DNA of 64,000 nucleotides from the human T2T-CHM13v2.0 reference genome, Homo sapiens: assembly GCF_009914755.1 (NCBI RefSeq), contig NC_060928.1; one strand, written 5' to 3'. The translations under genes and the position numbers were made by a program. Below, one piece after another: positions 12,290 through 27,867 of the stretch (the first letter of the stretch is position 1; every line of letters starts with the position of its first letter). The notes beneath the pieces are model-generated. The model was not told the origin of the DNA. It did no database searches and saw only the letters and a program-made list of their open reading frames with translations.

Positions 12290-14470
12290 TTCTTCATTCT
12301 AAGTTTTTACTCTATACAAGGTTTATGTCGTATGTGTATATATCCTTTCTGCCACCCCCTAACATACACACAACCATCTTTCAAGCAAGTCCTCCGTATA
12401 GGAGCACAGGAAAATATCCAGGAGCAATAGGTGGGCGTGTACACTTTGATAATCACACACTTTTAAGGAATTAAAACTCTAAGTTATTTGTGTCCATTGC
12501 TATACCTGCATACATAATGAGGCCCATCTGTAAAATTTCCTCATACAAGAAATTATTCACAAAATTAAATATCACATGTTTAATCTTCATTAATATATAT
12601 ATGCTAATTAATTTGTAGCACAATACATCATTCCATTTTCTTACAGTAGCATAAGCAGACTACTGCTGATATAATTTTATTACCCAGGTGGTTATAAGCA
12701 TTGAGTTAATGTCTTGTCATTGACTTCTGCTAACTGGCAGAATTGAGTTGTTTCATACTATTTCAGCTGGCAGTGAGATAAATGAGTTACACAGTTAAGA
12801 GGGACATCTGCCTGAAATACTGATAAGCTGTAGCAGGACAGTTTAAAGCAAATATGAATTCCTTCAGCAGCAGAAAATTTTTACACAATTATTAACTGTA
12901 ACTTCACTGTGAGTCATGATCACATTATATAAAAATGCTAAAGTACTAACATTACCAGAAGCACTCAAAGCACATAATCTATTATTCATTCCATCTGTCC
13001 TTTGTCTTACATAAAATTAATTTATCATTAACATTTCAGATCAATGTTAAAATATGATAAAATTTGAGAAGATAAACATTTACTCTTTATATCACTATAT
13101 TTCCAAGACTAAAACGACAAAGCAGATGAAAGATCATATCTTTGAAAACTTTTGGATACCTGAATAATCTCTGTAATAGAATTGATTAAAAACTGTTTTC
13201 AGTATTAGTTTCCAATACAATAATGGTTTGAAAACACAGATTATTTTATTAGTATTGATGTAAATTTCTTCTATGAAAATCTGGGTTCTAAATTAACCTA
13301 AACAATATTAAAGGTATTAAATTATATTACAATAAGATTTCAACTCTATACAAATTATATTTCTGCAAAGCACAGATGTTTTCTTTTGTATAAGTCCATG
13401 AAACAGCTTTTAGAGCGGCATGAATTACAGCAAAATAAAATTTATAAAAAATGAGATTTAAATGTTTTATCCTTCAACAAATAGCAGCATAATTTTACCA
13501 AATACAAAATGGTATAAAAGGTAATCATTAGGAAATGAGAATCACAAACTGCTCTTCTGAAACATTAAGATAGACAAGGGTTAGCTATTCATCATAGGTA
13601 CTAGATCTTTACACATAACTTTAAAAATTTGATATTTTCATTTAATACCCATATTAATACATTTATAAATTATTGAAGGAGTAGGGATGAGAGGTGTTTG
13701 CTTCTGACATTAACTTGGCTAAGGGAGCCTTATATGTGTGGCAATACGTAAGAAATAAAATTTCAAGTCAATAAATTTTTGCTTAGTCAATTCTATTTAC
13801 TTTATTTATTATTGTATTAAAATTGTACCCTTGCTAACCAATGAATTTAAGATGTGTATAGCATTCAAAAATATTTAAATGAATCAATTATTTAAATACA
13901 ATGGTAAATTGGACTTACACTTAATATAGTTTTAAAAGGGTTAAGTTATTTTACTCTGAGAAATTATTGATGATATAATTCTGAGAAATCTGATGCACTG
14001 AATTTTATCTACTACCCATATATTATTAAAGTATAATTTCTCCTCAGATTATTTGAAAATATTTGTTGAAATAAATGAATGAATAAATGAAGGACAGATG
14101 TCTACAGAAACAGGTCTGGCAAAGTTTTGGCATAAATATATTCCATTTGTTTGAAAATAAATACCATTGACCTTATGATCTTTGTGTTCCTTAGATTTGC
14201 TTTTTAGTGCCATATAAAACTGTGTGCAAGGGCAATTTTTATTACTTCTCTCCCTTGACCCCAAACCTACATTAAGTATGATGACCTACACAATAATTTC
14301 TCAGAAAAATCAAACAAACCCATCAAAGTATTACTTTTATATCCATTATATGTCTACCTAAAAGGGAATAAGACTTTGGTCTCGGTATCAAAGAGATGAA
14401 AAATATAATCAGGAAAATTAAGTTAAATTACATGAAACAATTAGGGAAAATTAAGTGCTGTGATGTATAA

Positions 14471-14692
14471 CAGCATTTCCCAAAATATCCATGAGTTGTT
14501 AATAGATGTTTCATTAAGACAAAAATAAAAGGATTCCATGGTAAAATAAGATTGGGAAATATTTCATAGCACATTATCCTCTTGGCAATTCATATTTCCA
14601 TTAGCATATTAATGATGGAAAAGTTTTGCAGCAAAGAAAATTCTTGTGTTTTAACCAAGAATATCCAAAATTTATTTCAACCCATGAAAAAC
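14471..14692 (+). mobile_element. hAT-Charlie non-autonomous element (MER113-like)
   Basis: cagcatttcccaaa start; ggattccatggtaaaataagattgggaaat; attagcatattaa motifs. Confidence 0.5.
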
Positions 14693-15612
14693 CTTTGTTA
14701 AATTTTCTATTTTTAGCCATAAAAAATTTCAAAAATCCTGAAAAGTGAAGAGAAAAAACTAAAACAAGTACTGGCCACATTAATCTAACAGGCATTAGCA
14801 CTTTGCCATATTTGGTTCAGATTTTTAAAGCTACATAATAATGAAACATCACTTATACAATTAAGGCCACCCTGACCCCTTCTGTTTCCTTCTTCCTTCT
14901 TCAGAGATTACCAGTAGTCTGAAATTGGTATGTATTCTTCTTGTCCATGATTTTATACTTTCGATTCATATATTTGTATTTACAAATAATACATAAGATT
15001 TCTGTGTTTTAAACTTAAAAAATATCATTTTGTACACATTGTGAATTAACTAGTCTTACTAGTCTTATTCAATATTTACATTTATGTGGTATATCTATGA
15101 TAATGCATATAGAATTAGTTCATCTGCTTTAACTGAGAAATTGTATTTGTATAAATAGAGTCCACAAAATACAAGTTAATTTGTTTGGTATTGAGAAATA
15201 ATTTAAAAACACAGAGTGGTGAATTAACTAAAACATTCTTCATCCTAATATCTATATCACAACAGTGGATTAGAATCTTGCCCTGTCACTTGACTGGCTG
15301 TGTGCTTTGGGCAAGTTATTTCTCCTCTACTGGATTCAATATGCATATATGTAAAACAATGACAATATTGCCAACTTTTTTTCTTTATGATTTACCTTTG
15401 ATTTTATTTACCATTTCTTTTGTTGCATTTTTAAAGGTTTTTATGTTTATCAATTTTTAAAGTTTGTATTTCAGTATCTTATGTTTTCTTCTAAAATTTT
15501 CAGTTTTATTTTTCAAATTGAGAATTTTATTCCATCTACTATTGTGTCATGTAGACATTTACTTGTCCCAGGAACATTTCTTTCCTTCTTTCCCGCCCCC
15601 GCCCCCCACCCC

Positions 15613-15769
15613 GAGACATGAGATTTCCCTATGTTGCCCAGGCTGGAGTGAAGTGGTTATTCACAGGCATGATCACAGAGCACTGCAGCTTTGAATTGGC
15701 CTCAAGACATCCTCATGCATCAACCTCCTGGGCAGCTGGGACTACAGGTAATCAACACCACTCCTGGCC
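15613..15769 (-). mobile_element. FAM (fossil Alu monomer)
   Basis: Single monomer with FAM-type segment ggctggagtgaagtggttattcacaggc (revcomp of consensus gcctgtgaatagccactgcactccagcc). Confidence 0.8.
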
Positions 15770-16387
15770 TTTCCAGTGATATTTCTTGGTTAATCTATCC
15801 CTTTGGTACTGAGTTCCAATGCTATATCATCATATGCCAAGTCTGTATAATAAAGGGGATATCATTAGTAGATGAGAGAAGGGAGACGGTTTACTATATC
15901 ACCTGCTTAATCATACAAGAAGGGCTGCCTGAAAGAAGTGGTGGCCTCAGGTGGCATCTGAATATACGTTGGACACAATAAGAACATGGGTTTTCATGTC
16001 AGACTGACCTTCATTTATATCCTTTCTGTAATACCCATTACAAGTGAATTAATCTTACTACAAATGAATTTCTTCACCTATAAATGAAGCTAATACAACT
16101 TATCTAATAGTATTATTTAACAAGCTACTATATTTTAAAGTGGCTACCACAGTAACTTGCATGTAAAGGGTGTTCAAAATAGTGGTATTGAAATCATGTG
16201 ATTTCTTGTTGCTAGTAGCAGTCATGTCTGATTAGTAGCTGTGAGTTTGAAAAGAAAAGATGGAATTCCAAGGAAAGCAAAGGTAAACTGGAGCATCGCT
16301 TGACTAGAAAGATGAGAATTAGAGTTGATTCCAAGCTGTGGTTTGGAGGACAAGATATAACAAAAATTGAAGGTAGTAGTTTAGGAC

Positions 16388-16565
16388 AGAGGTTCTCAAA
16401 GTTGTTCCAGCATGAACAGCAACAACAATTACTGAAAATTTATTACAAACGCAAATACAAACCCCAGACCTACTAAATCAGAAACTCTGACTCTGACGTG
16501 TGGACCAACAATTCATGTTTTAACTAGCCCCCAGATAATTCGAATGCATACTCAGGTTTGAGAAT
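16388..16565. mobile_element. MER5A-like MITE
   Basis: cagaggttctcaaagt...cccagacctactaaatcagaaactctg...gtttgagaa. Confidence 0.7.
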
Positions 16566-16889
16566 GTGATGGAGCATGTTTGGAGTATGATGAGTGGGAG
16601 GTGATGCTGAGACACAAGGTGAACATGATGTAAGAGGATTATCAGAACTGAAGATGTACACTTGTCATGCAAAGGGCTGAAATTCTTCTTTTCTGATGCC
16701 TTTACTTGCTTTCAGTTATAGGTTTTATTTTGCTGAAAAGCTTCCCAATCTCAGAATAATTTCTCAGCTTTCAAATTCTCCTTGCAATCCACCTACTTGG
16801 CAAAGCAAGGCCAGGGTTGTAACCCTTAATCAGTCTCCACTCTTCCCACAGTGTCCCTCCTGCATTGCTCTCCTCCTGCTTTTAGCTTT

Positions 16890-19270
<2,381 letters not shown>

Positions 19271-20979
19271 TTTGTCTGGCACGATTTCATGTAACATTAA
19301 ATACCATGTGCATTTACAGTGCTTTATCAATAATAAATGAAAGTAATAATAGCCTAGAACCCAGATTTTAATAGTAGGAATCCCTGGCCATTAAATATAA
19401 AATAGTTATCAATACATGTGTATCTAGTGACTTCCCTTTCTGGCACCAGAAAGACAGCAGTCTGCAAAGAACATGCTGTATCTATACTATTTAAAAGCCC
19501 TTTTATCTTAAAAACAAATTTCATCTTGTATCCAATAGGTGTAAAAGTGCACAAAGAGTAGAGCAGTAGCCAGCCACACAAAATACTTGCTATAGTCACC
19601 CTGTTGTGCTATCTATTTTCAGATTTCTCCACAGTATTTCTTTAGTTGTATTGATTCTGTGGTGGAAGTGGAGGTGGCGAAATGAGAGCTCTCCCTTCAA
19701 TAACCTGTCAGAGACCAGACCAGTGAGTTAATTTTGGCCATAATGCATCAATTCCAGCTGTAAAGGATCAGTTGAGCCGTGGCTACAGGATCAATTGTAT
19801 AGACATCAGAGATAAGTTAATCGACCATGGCATGCTCTGGAGCAGGATGCACACGGAGATATCACCTGGATTTTAAACTAGTGTGAACTTCTTTGTAACA
19901 TCCGTAAATCCATGTTTAATAAAACAAAATCAATCTTCAGAGGTTTGAAACATGTCACTCCTACTATTTATAAATATGAGATAGTTCTTTAGTGTTTCTC
20001 ATATGCTTTTCCTTTTGCTTTATAATTTCTGTATTGCATGCATGCATACATGTGAAACAAAATCTATAAAATATGTGATGTCATGTAAAAAGCAGGCCAA
20101 TAAAACCTATTTTAAAATTCTCAATTTATGTAACGTGTTTAACGATATAGACAAAATTAATCTGCAATGAAAAAGCTTTAAAATTTCAAATATTTTAGAC
20201 AGATAATGCTGTCTGTGATGTGAAATTATGATTCTTCACAATACAATCAATTTACTTGTATTATTTAATTCATCTACAACCACAGCTAGAAGTTTTGAAA
20301 CAAGTTCTAAAGTTGAAACTGCCTATTAATTTTGTAATAGAAAATTTAAAATATGCCCAATACGAAATTCGACTGCATGAAAGACAAAACAGCTAGCAAT
20401 GATTTTATCTTGGTGAAAAGATAATATATAATTTTTCATTTAAACATAGTTATTTTCTAAATTCCCCATCATAAGTAATATTATTAATTATGCCAATATT
20501 AATAATAAAATATAAATAAAATATGTATTTGTAAGTATATTTAAATCATATTCAAATTCATACCAGAACCTTTTTATAGAATTTATACAAAATAAAAATC
20601 AAACACATATACATACACACACACATATATGCATATACCAAAAACATATTTACAATATATTTCTTGATAGTTAATACGATGCAGAAAGCATTAGCAGCAA
20701 GTAACAGTGAGAGTCAAAACTGTTCTTCGATATGTTTGATCTTGGACTAGTGGACAGTGAACACTGAGGTGAAGCAACGTTTCAACAGTCATGAATTGAT
20801 AAGCAACGTTAATTATAGCGAGAATTTCAAAACATTATAAAATCCAGTTTTCTTTTTTAAAATGAAGAAAATTGAGCATTAATTGCCTTTCCCTAGGGTA
20901 ATTTTACTATGTTGTAACATATAGACTAGGGATAGGAAATTAACAATTCATCTGATGTAATAATTGAGATCATCTAGAT

Positions 20980-22983
20980 TAGCAGTTCTGAAAGTGTAAT
21001 ACTCAGATCTGTAGGGGTCCTAGAATTTTTTTCAGGAGGTCTGTGAAGTCAAGGCAATTCTTACTACATTGACTGTTTTTTTCATTATTTGTCTTAAAAT
21101 TTTCCTCTTTTCCTTTTTTTTTAAACTGTGTTAACGTGTTCTTTTTCACTTTGTTGATATGCATTTGCACTGGTGGTACAAATAAAATGGTACGTAAAAT
21201 TGCCTTAGAATAAATCAAGGCAATAGAACCAAGATGTACTAGTAGACCTTGCATAATTTACTATCATGCACTAAAATGCTAGTTTCACTTAAGACTATCT
21301 TTGATGAAACAATAAAATTATTGCTTTTATTGTCTTGGCCCTTAAACACACATTTTACTATTTTATATGACAAGAGTTGAAAGTATGTATAAAGTATATA
21401 AAGTACTTCTACTACATGGTGAAGTAGAGAACTGTATTAGTTATCTATTGCTGTGTAACAAATTACCCCAACACACAGCAGCTTAAAACAACATACATTT
21501 ATTATCTCAGTTTCTGTGGATCAGGAATTCATACACTTCTTATCTGGCTCAAGTGCTTACAAGGCTGTAATCAAGGTGTTAATTGGGGCGAGAGTCATCT
21601 TAAGGCCTAAATAGAGAGGAACACACTTCCAATCTACTCATGTAGTTGTTGTAGGATTCAGTTCCTTGCAGGTTTTAGGTCCGAGGACCTCAGTTCCTTG
21701 CTGCCTATTGGCTGGAGACCACTCTCTATTCCTTGCAAATTGCCCTCTATCCAGGCAAGAATGAGGAAGAGCTAGAGGGAGAAGTCCAGCAGGACAGAAA
21801 TCACAGTCTTTTATAGTCTAATCATAGAAGTGACACCTTCTTACTTTTGTCATATTCTATTTGTTAGCAGCAAGTCACTAGGCCCAGCCCATACTGAAGG
21901 AGAGGAAATTACACAAGATCATGAACCAGGATCAGTGAGACCAAGTCAGAATTCCCCTCCCACAATAGTCATCTCTAAGCAAAGCACTTGTGTGACCGTG
22001 TTGCAAGCTGAACTAGCTGCTCTTCTTATTTAAACCTGTTTTTACCTGAAAACATAATTAACAGACAAGCTATAGTTATTCAGGCTTGGGTATTTGCAGA
22101 TATGTGCAGAATTGAGTATTTCTTGAAAATGAAAAAAGTGAGTTTTGTCACTTCAAGGAAAATAATGGACTGTGTTTGTTGCCAATTACAGAATTTGAAT
22201 ATTTGAATGAATATTAGAATTTTGGAAAACCTGTAACTGGCAGCAGTGTCTAAACAATTTTTCAAAAGAAAAATTTTTTCTAAGGAAATTGATAGCAATA
22301 TTAAAGAATGTGGGTTTTCGATGTCGCAAAATGAAATGTGTTGGCATTTCTCCTATCCATGAAACCACAGTGAGCCAATGTTTTAAAAATGACCAACGGA
22401 TGCTTTTATGGAATCATGCATGTATCCATTTAAAGTGCAAGACCAATGGATCTGATATAACAATATGAAAAGTTTGTTGATATGGTTTCAGATTCTACAT
22501 TGCTATTAACCTTTGGGAAACTATCACAGAATTCTTGTGTAGTATCAAAGGATAATATCCATGATTATCAGAAAATGATATTAAAATACTTTTTTATTTT
22601 CAACTATATGAAGCTAGATCTTTTACTTATACTTTAACCACAACAAATTGCAACTGTTTGAATGTAGTAGAAGCAGATAAGACAATTCAGGTATCTTCTA
22701 TTAAGTCAAACATTAAAGATACTTAGGGGCATGTATCTAATCATGATTCTTCTCATGAAGAATGCTTTTAAAAATGTAGCTATTTTCATAAAAATATATT
22801 TTATGTGAACATAAAATGGATTTATTATTTTTAAATAAATTACTTTAAAATGTGTATTTTAATTCCTAGCATGATAAATATTGATGAATATAATATCCAT
22901 AAACAAAAGCTTTTTGGGGGTCTTCAACAAATATTAAGAGTGTAAAAAAGGGGTCCTCAGACAAAAATATTTGAGAACTACTG
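20980..22983 (+). mobile_element. Charlie1a-like hAT DNA transposon relic, interrupted by an MLT1 LTR
   Basis: Degenerate TIRs tagcagttctgaaa / tttgagaactactg; ggggtcc motifs near both ends; flanks atctagat / gtttaaat resemble an 8-bp hAT TSD. Confidence 0.75.
21433..21964 (-). mobile_element. MLT1 (E/F-like) MaLR solo LTR
   Basis: tgtattagttatctattgctgtgtaacaaattacccca...tttctgtggatcaggaattc...caagtcactaggcccagccc. Confidence 0.8.
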
Positions 22984-23407
22984 GTTTAAATTTTGATTTT
23001 TTTGACCAGATAACCCCAGAATCTTAGCAGCTTGAGAAGATAGATTTACTTCTCATTCACATTTCATATTAACTGGTAATGGGTGAGAGAATGTTTGTTT
23101 AGGAAGCCAGAATCATGGAGACTACATCTCACCAAAGTTCTGCACTCACAAAAAAATAAAAAAGAGAAACAGAGGTATGTTAAAATTTGCAAAGGTTATA
23201 AAGCTATATCTAGAAGTTACGTATGCTACTTCCATCACTGTTCATAGTCTTCTGAAAGCTACATAGGAACATGCAGGGGGCAGGAACATGCAATAAAGGA
23301 AAACCGTAAATGTTTAGTGAATAATACTACTGACTACTACATATGTCAACTCCAATGGATAGATGGCTGAAGCACTGAGTTGAAAAGTATTCTGAGGTCT
23401 GAAAGTA

Positions 23408-23590
23408 CATTAGTTTTTGTTGCTGCTGAAGCAAATTGTCAGAAATGTCCTGTCTTTTAAAAACCCAAATATTTGATCTTACAATTCTGAAGGTCAGGTA
23501 TCCTAAACTCAGTGTGTCAGCATGGCTTTATTCCTTCTGCAAGCCCTAGGAGAGAATCAATTCTCTGTTTTTTCCAGCTTCTAGAAAACA
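23408..23590 (-). mobile_element. MLT1C/D-like LTR fragment
   Basis: atcttacaattctgaaggtcag...ttccttctgcaagccctaggagagaatc...ttccagcttctaga. Confidence 0.6.
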
Positions 23591-23604
23591 TCAATTCTTA
23601 TAAC

Positions 23605-23804
23605 ATTCATTCTTTAAACTAACATTAATTGAGCATCTGTGAGGTATGAGACACTATTCGTTAAGAACCACTGTGGATACTGAGCTGAATGAAAAGTTGA
23701 AGTCCCAATTGTCATAGAGCTTACATTTCAGTGGAAGGAAAAATGGAATAAACTAGTAAACAAATATACATGCATATATTAGGAGAGTGATATACATATA
23801 TATG

Positions 23805-23848
<44 letters not shown>

Positions 23849-24465
23849 GACGCACATACATACACATAAGGAAGAAAATTAAGGCAGAAAAAAATAATTG
23901 AGAACAATTTGATGGCTGCTGTTTTAGATAGGGTGTTCATCATAGGTCTCTCTGATCAGACTATGATCGAGTAGATGCCTGAATAAAGTGAAGGAACAAA
24001 TCAAAATATCTGGAGGAAGTACATTCAGGCATTGAAAACAGCAACTGAAGAGGCCTTAAAGTGGGAGAATGTTTGAAATGTCTGAGCGAGCAAGAAGGCC
24101 AGTGTGGGCTAGGGAGCAGGGGAGGAGGGGAGGAGGAGAACAGGTCAGAGATTGAGCTATCAGGATGACAATAAGGACATGGCCTTTACTCTGAGATGGG
24201 CAGCCACAAAGTCATTAACCAAAAGAAGTGTTATGACACAGGTTATATGTTTAAAGGTCACTGACTGCTGTGGGAAGAATATAACCCTGGGGGCAAGGGT
24301 AGAAGCCAGAAGAGTAGTTGGAAGGTAACTATAATAACAAAGGAAGGAGCAGATGTTGGTTTGGACTAGAGCTTTAAGGTAGGGGGCGGAGAATTGTCTA
24401 GATTCTGGATACAGTTTGAAAATAAAGTCAATAGATATACTAATAGATTGATGTGGGTGTGAAAG
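23605..24465 (-). mobile_element. L2 3' region
   Basis: cattcattc...ttgagcatct...agagcttacatttcagtgg...gcaagaaggccagtgtgg...agattctggata L2 antisense motifs. Confidence 0.75.
23790..23868. repeat. Compound (TA)n/(CA)n microsatellite
   Basis: Directly visible. Confidence 0.9.
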
Positions 24466-25244
24466 TCATTACTAATAGTCATGACTTAAAAGGGGTCACT
24501 CTTAACAGGAAGAGAAGAAGAGATGATTAAAAAAAAAGAAGGAAGAAAGAAAGGAAAGAAGGGAGGGGAGACAGGGAGGGGAAGTCTCTGCTTAACTTTT
24601 CAGTTGAAATATGTTTGTACCAGAATGAATAGGTTTTACTGGAAAATTAATTCTGTGATTTAGGGAAGTGTTAGATATCAGTCAGTAGAATAATGAATCA
24701 TATGTAATCAAAACATGCTTATCTAGCATCAAAAACTTGAAATGGTATTGGAAAAGCTGCCACATGTAGCTGCCTGTGGACATTTGTGTCGTCTATGAGA
24801 AATAATTTCTCTTTTCTGAGTCTATGTTGATGATGTAGCTTTCGACATTATTATAACATGATTTATTATATAATCCACACTTTAGTAAAATGACAGTTAT
24901 TCTCTGAATGGAATAAAATTTCTTTTGAGTAGATTTTTTTTTTAACAAGCCTGCGTGAAGGTCATATTTGCTGTCAATTCCACAGTCTCCGACTAAGGGG
25001 AAAGACCCTACCAAATATAGTAAAATACAAGTCAGTGGTAGACTATTTCTCAACAAAGGAGCCAGAATTTGTTAATGACATTTACAAAGGCCAGTTCTTA
25101 GTTGCTTCTCAAAATACTAATTTTAAAATATTGACTAAGCTGAATATAACTGATAAATATAAACATTATTGATTTACTTTTTAATATCCAATTTCACCAT
25201 GTTAATTTTATTTTCTAATTATTATTAAGACATATTGACTTGTC

Positions 25245-25920
25245 CTGTTCTTTGCCACCACCATCCTGGTTCAGATAATCATCTGTAGCCCAGGCTGCTG
25301 CAATATTTTTCAAATTGATTTCTGCATTCACTTTTATCCTGCTCTGCTTTTTCTCAACAAAGTAGTAGGAAGGATCCTCTTAGAAACGCAAATCAGGTAA
25401 CATTTCCCTCCGCTTAAACACTTTCAAAGGATTCCAGTTGTTCCTAAGATAATGAAAAAACCACTTGAGGGCCTGCATATGCCTGCAGTTGGCCTCTCCA
25501 TCCACTTCAGCAGCAGCACCCCCTGCTCTCATTATTCTTCACCTTGGCCTTTCCAGGAATAGCCCTGCTCCCTCCCAGTCGAAGATCTTTGCAGGGGCTG
25601 TTTCTCTGCCGGGACACCTTTTACTCTCATCCCCTCATCTTTATCCTTCAAGTCTCTGGTCGTTCTGCTTTACTTTTTCAGGGAACATTTTCCTAACCTC
25701 CATCCAAGGAGGTGAAATCTTTCCATTACATGCTCTGATCATCCCTGGCTTCCCTTTTTCATAGCACTCATCAAGATAGCAACTTTCAACCAATCTGTGT
25801 GATTATTTGAGTAATGGCTGCCTCCCTCACTACTGGCCTTCAAGCTTCAAAAGAGAAGGAACCACAATAGCCCGCCAGATTAAGATAGGACCTCAGTAAC
25901 TACTTGATGAATAACAAATA
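25245..25920 (+). mobile_element. L2 3' region
   Basis: tgccaccaccatcctggttcag...cttaaacactttcaa...tttgcaggggctgtttctctgcc...catagcactcatca. Confidence 0.65.
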
Positions 25921-27516
25921 TATATGTAAATTATTCAAAAACAGAATAAGTAAAACATCTATCAAAAGAAGAATGAGTATAAAAATGGAATATGACAAAA
26001 TACTTAAAGTAAAAACTATGCTCAACATGTAGATATTTAAATTATAAACTGTAATTATGAAATGGATACTTGTAAAAAGACAGGCTGGGTAAATTCAGAT
26101 TTTTTAAATCTTATTCAAAGTTCATTCATCTGCTCACCTACTGCCTTGTGGACTTTTAGAAAACCTTACAATTTTGTTTTGCTTTATGTTAGCACTTGTA
26201 AATCACAACGCCAAGAATTAGAGTTTTTAAATATTAATGCTGAGAGAGATTCAGATGCCACTAATGCATTAGAAAGCAAATGAAAGGCATGTCAAAAATA
26301 CGGTCTCAGTTAAAATAAGTGAATCAGAAAAACATTCCAGTACTATAGTGCCCAAAATTATAGGTCTGAAATGTGATTATGGCATTCATTTTATCTTCGG
26401 AGGTCAAAATTCAAAATATACTATAAATATATCATCAGTCTCACAATGTGAAAGAGCTCAATCTCAGTTGTATGCATTATACAAAAGACAAATGTTTCCA
26501 CTGCTCTGTAGCAATCGCAAAGCTCTACTTAAAAGACAGAGTCTACTCTGCCATCAGTGTGAGGAAAAAAGGTACTTCCTTTTAGGAAGATTGTATGGTG
26601 AGTCTTCATCTGATCTTTGCTTGGTATAAAGATTCAACTCAATAAGCTCTCAACCACTTCTTTTGATTTTTAAGAAAGAGGAATTACTGTTACCCTGGAT
26701 TCTAAAATGTATAAAAAATATTTATTTTTTTTTTAAAAATAATGCTGAGCTTTATAATACAGGATGACTCAACAACACCCCAAGAACATAGTAGGAACTG
26801 CTGTTGACATTTTTAAGGAGTAAATCTATTCTCAATTACTCATCATAATTACTGTATCACACTTTATAAAAGATTAGACTAAAAACAGTTCGAGATTCAG
26901 GAACAAAGTTAGTGAATCAGGGCAAAAACGTAATAAAAATGTTACCTTGACTGCATTAGCAAAATTCTTAAGCAAATAAAGAAACATGTTTATAAGAATA
27001 TGACCCACCCTGAAAAGTTGTGAAGGCAATTCATGAACACCCAAATCCAAAATCCCACATCTGTGTCTTTGAATATACAGTTAGGACAACTAATGTGGTA
27101 GTCATCAGTGCAAGTTCTGGGAACATGGTGGGACTGCATTGATTAGGATGCCATGGTCATAAACTTGCTTTGGCCAATGAAATGTTAGTAGAATTTATGG
27201 GTGTCATTTTTAGATAGAAGCTTTAACAGCCAGTGGACAATTTGCCAAGTTCTGTTCTCATTGCCATTGCACTGGCATTGCTGCAGATGGCAGAAACTCA
27301 TTGATCCCGGGTATCTAATTTTAGAGACATGGATCAGAGCCCCAGCCAACCCATTGTGGATATGTATCTTGATTGACAATTAATGCCTTTCGTGTTTTAT
27401 GCCCTTTAAAGTTGAAGGGGTTCATTTCTCTAGCATAACCTAGCCCATCCTGAATTTATATATATATATGGAACCTCAAGTCATGAAAAATAATTTCAAT
27501 TGCTGTGCTATGGTGG

Positions 27517-27867
27517 TGTTATGGTTTGGATGATGGTGACACCTTCAAAATTTACGTTGAAACTTAATCCCCAGTGCAACAGTATTAAGAGATGTTGCCT
27601 TTGGGATGTGACTAAGTCATGAAGGTGCTGCCCTTGTGAATGAGATTAGCACCCTTATCAAGGGGCTCAAGGTTGGAAGGAGCATTCTCTTACTTTCCAC
27701 CTTCTGCCATGTAAGGACACAGAAACACGGGCCATCTTGGAAGCAGAGAGCCTGATGACTTGATCTTGAACTTCTCACCCTCCAGAACTGTGAGAAATAA
27801 ATTTCTGTTCTTTCTAAATTACCCAGTCCATGGTATTCTCTTACAACAGCATAAATGGACTATGACA
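27517..27867 (+). mobile_element. MST (MSTC/D-like) MaLR solo LTR
   Basis: tgttatggtttg start; gttgaaacttaatcccca; gccatcttggaagcagagag; ctccagaactgtgagaaataaatttctg; ends ggactatgaca. Confidence 0.85.

Noticed and set aside
24793-25056. 87-aa minus-strand ORF with acceptor-like sites
   Set aside because: No recognisable peptide in any frame and no good donor
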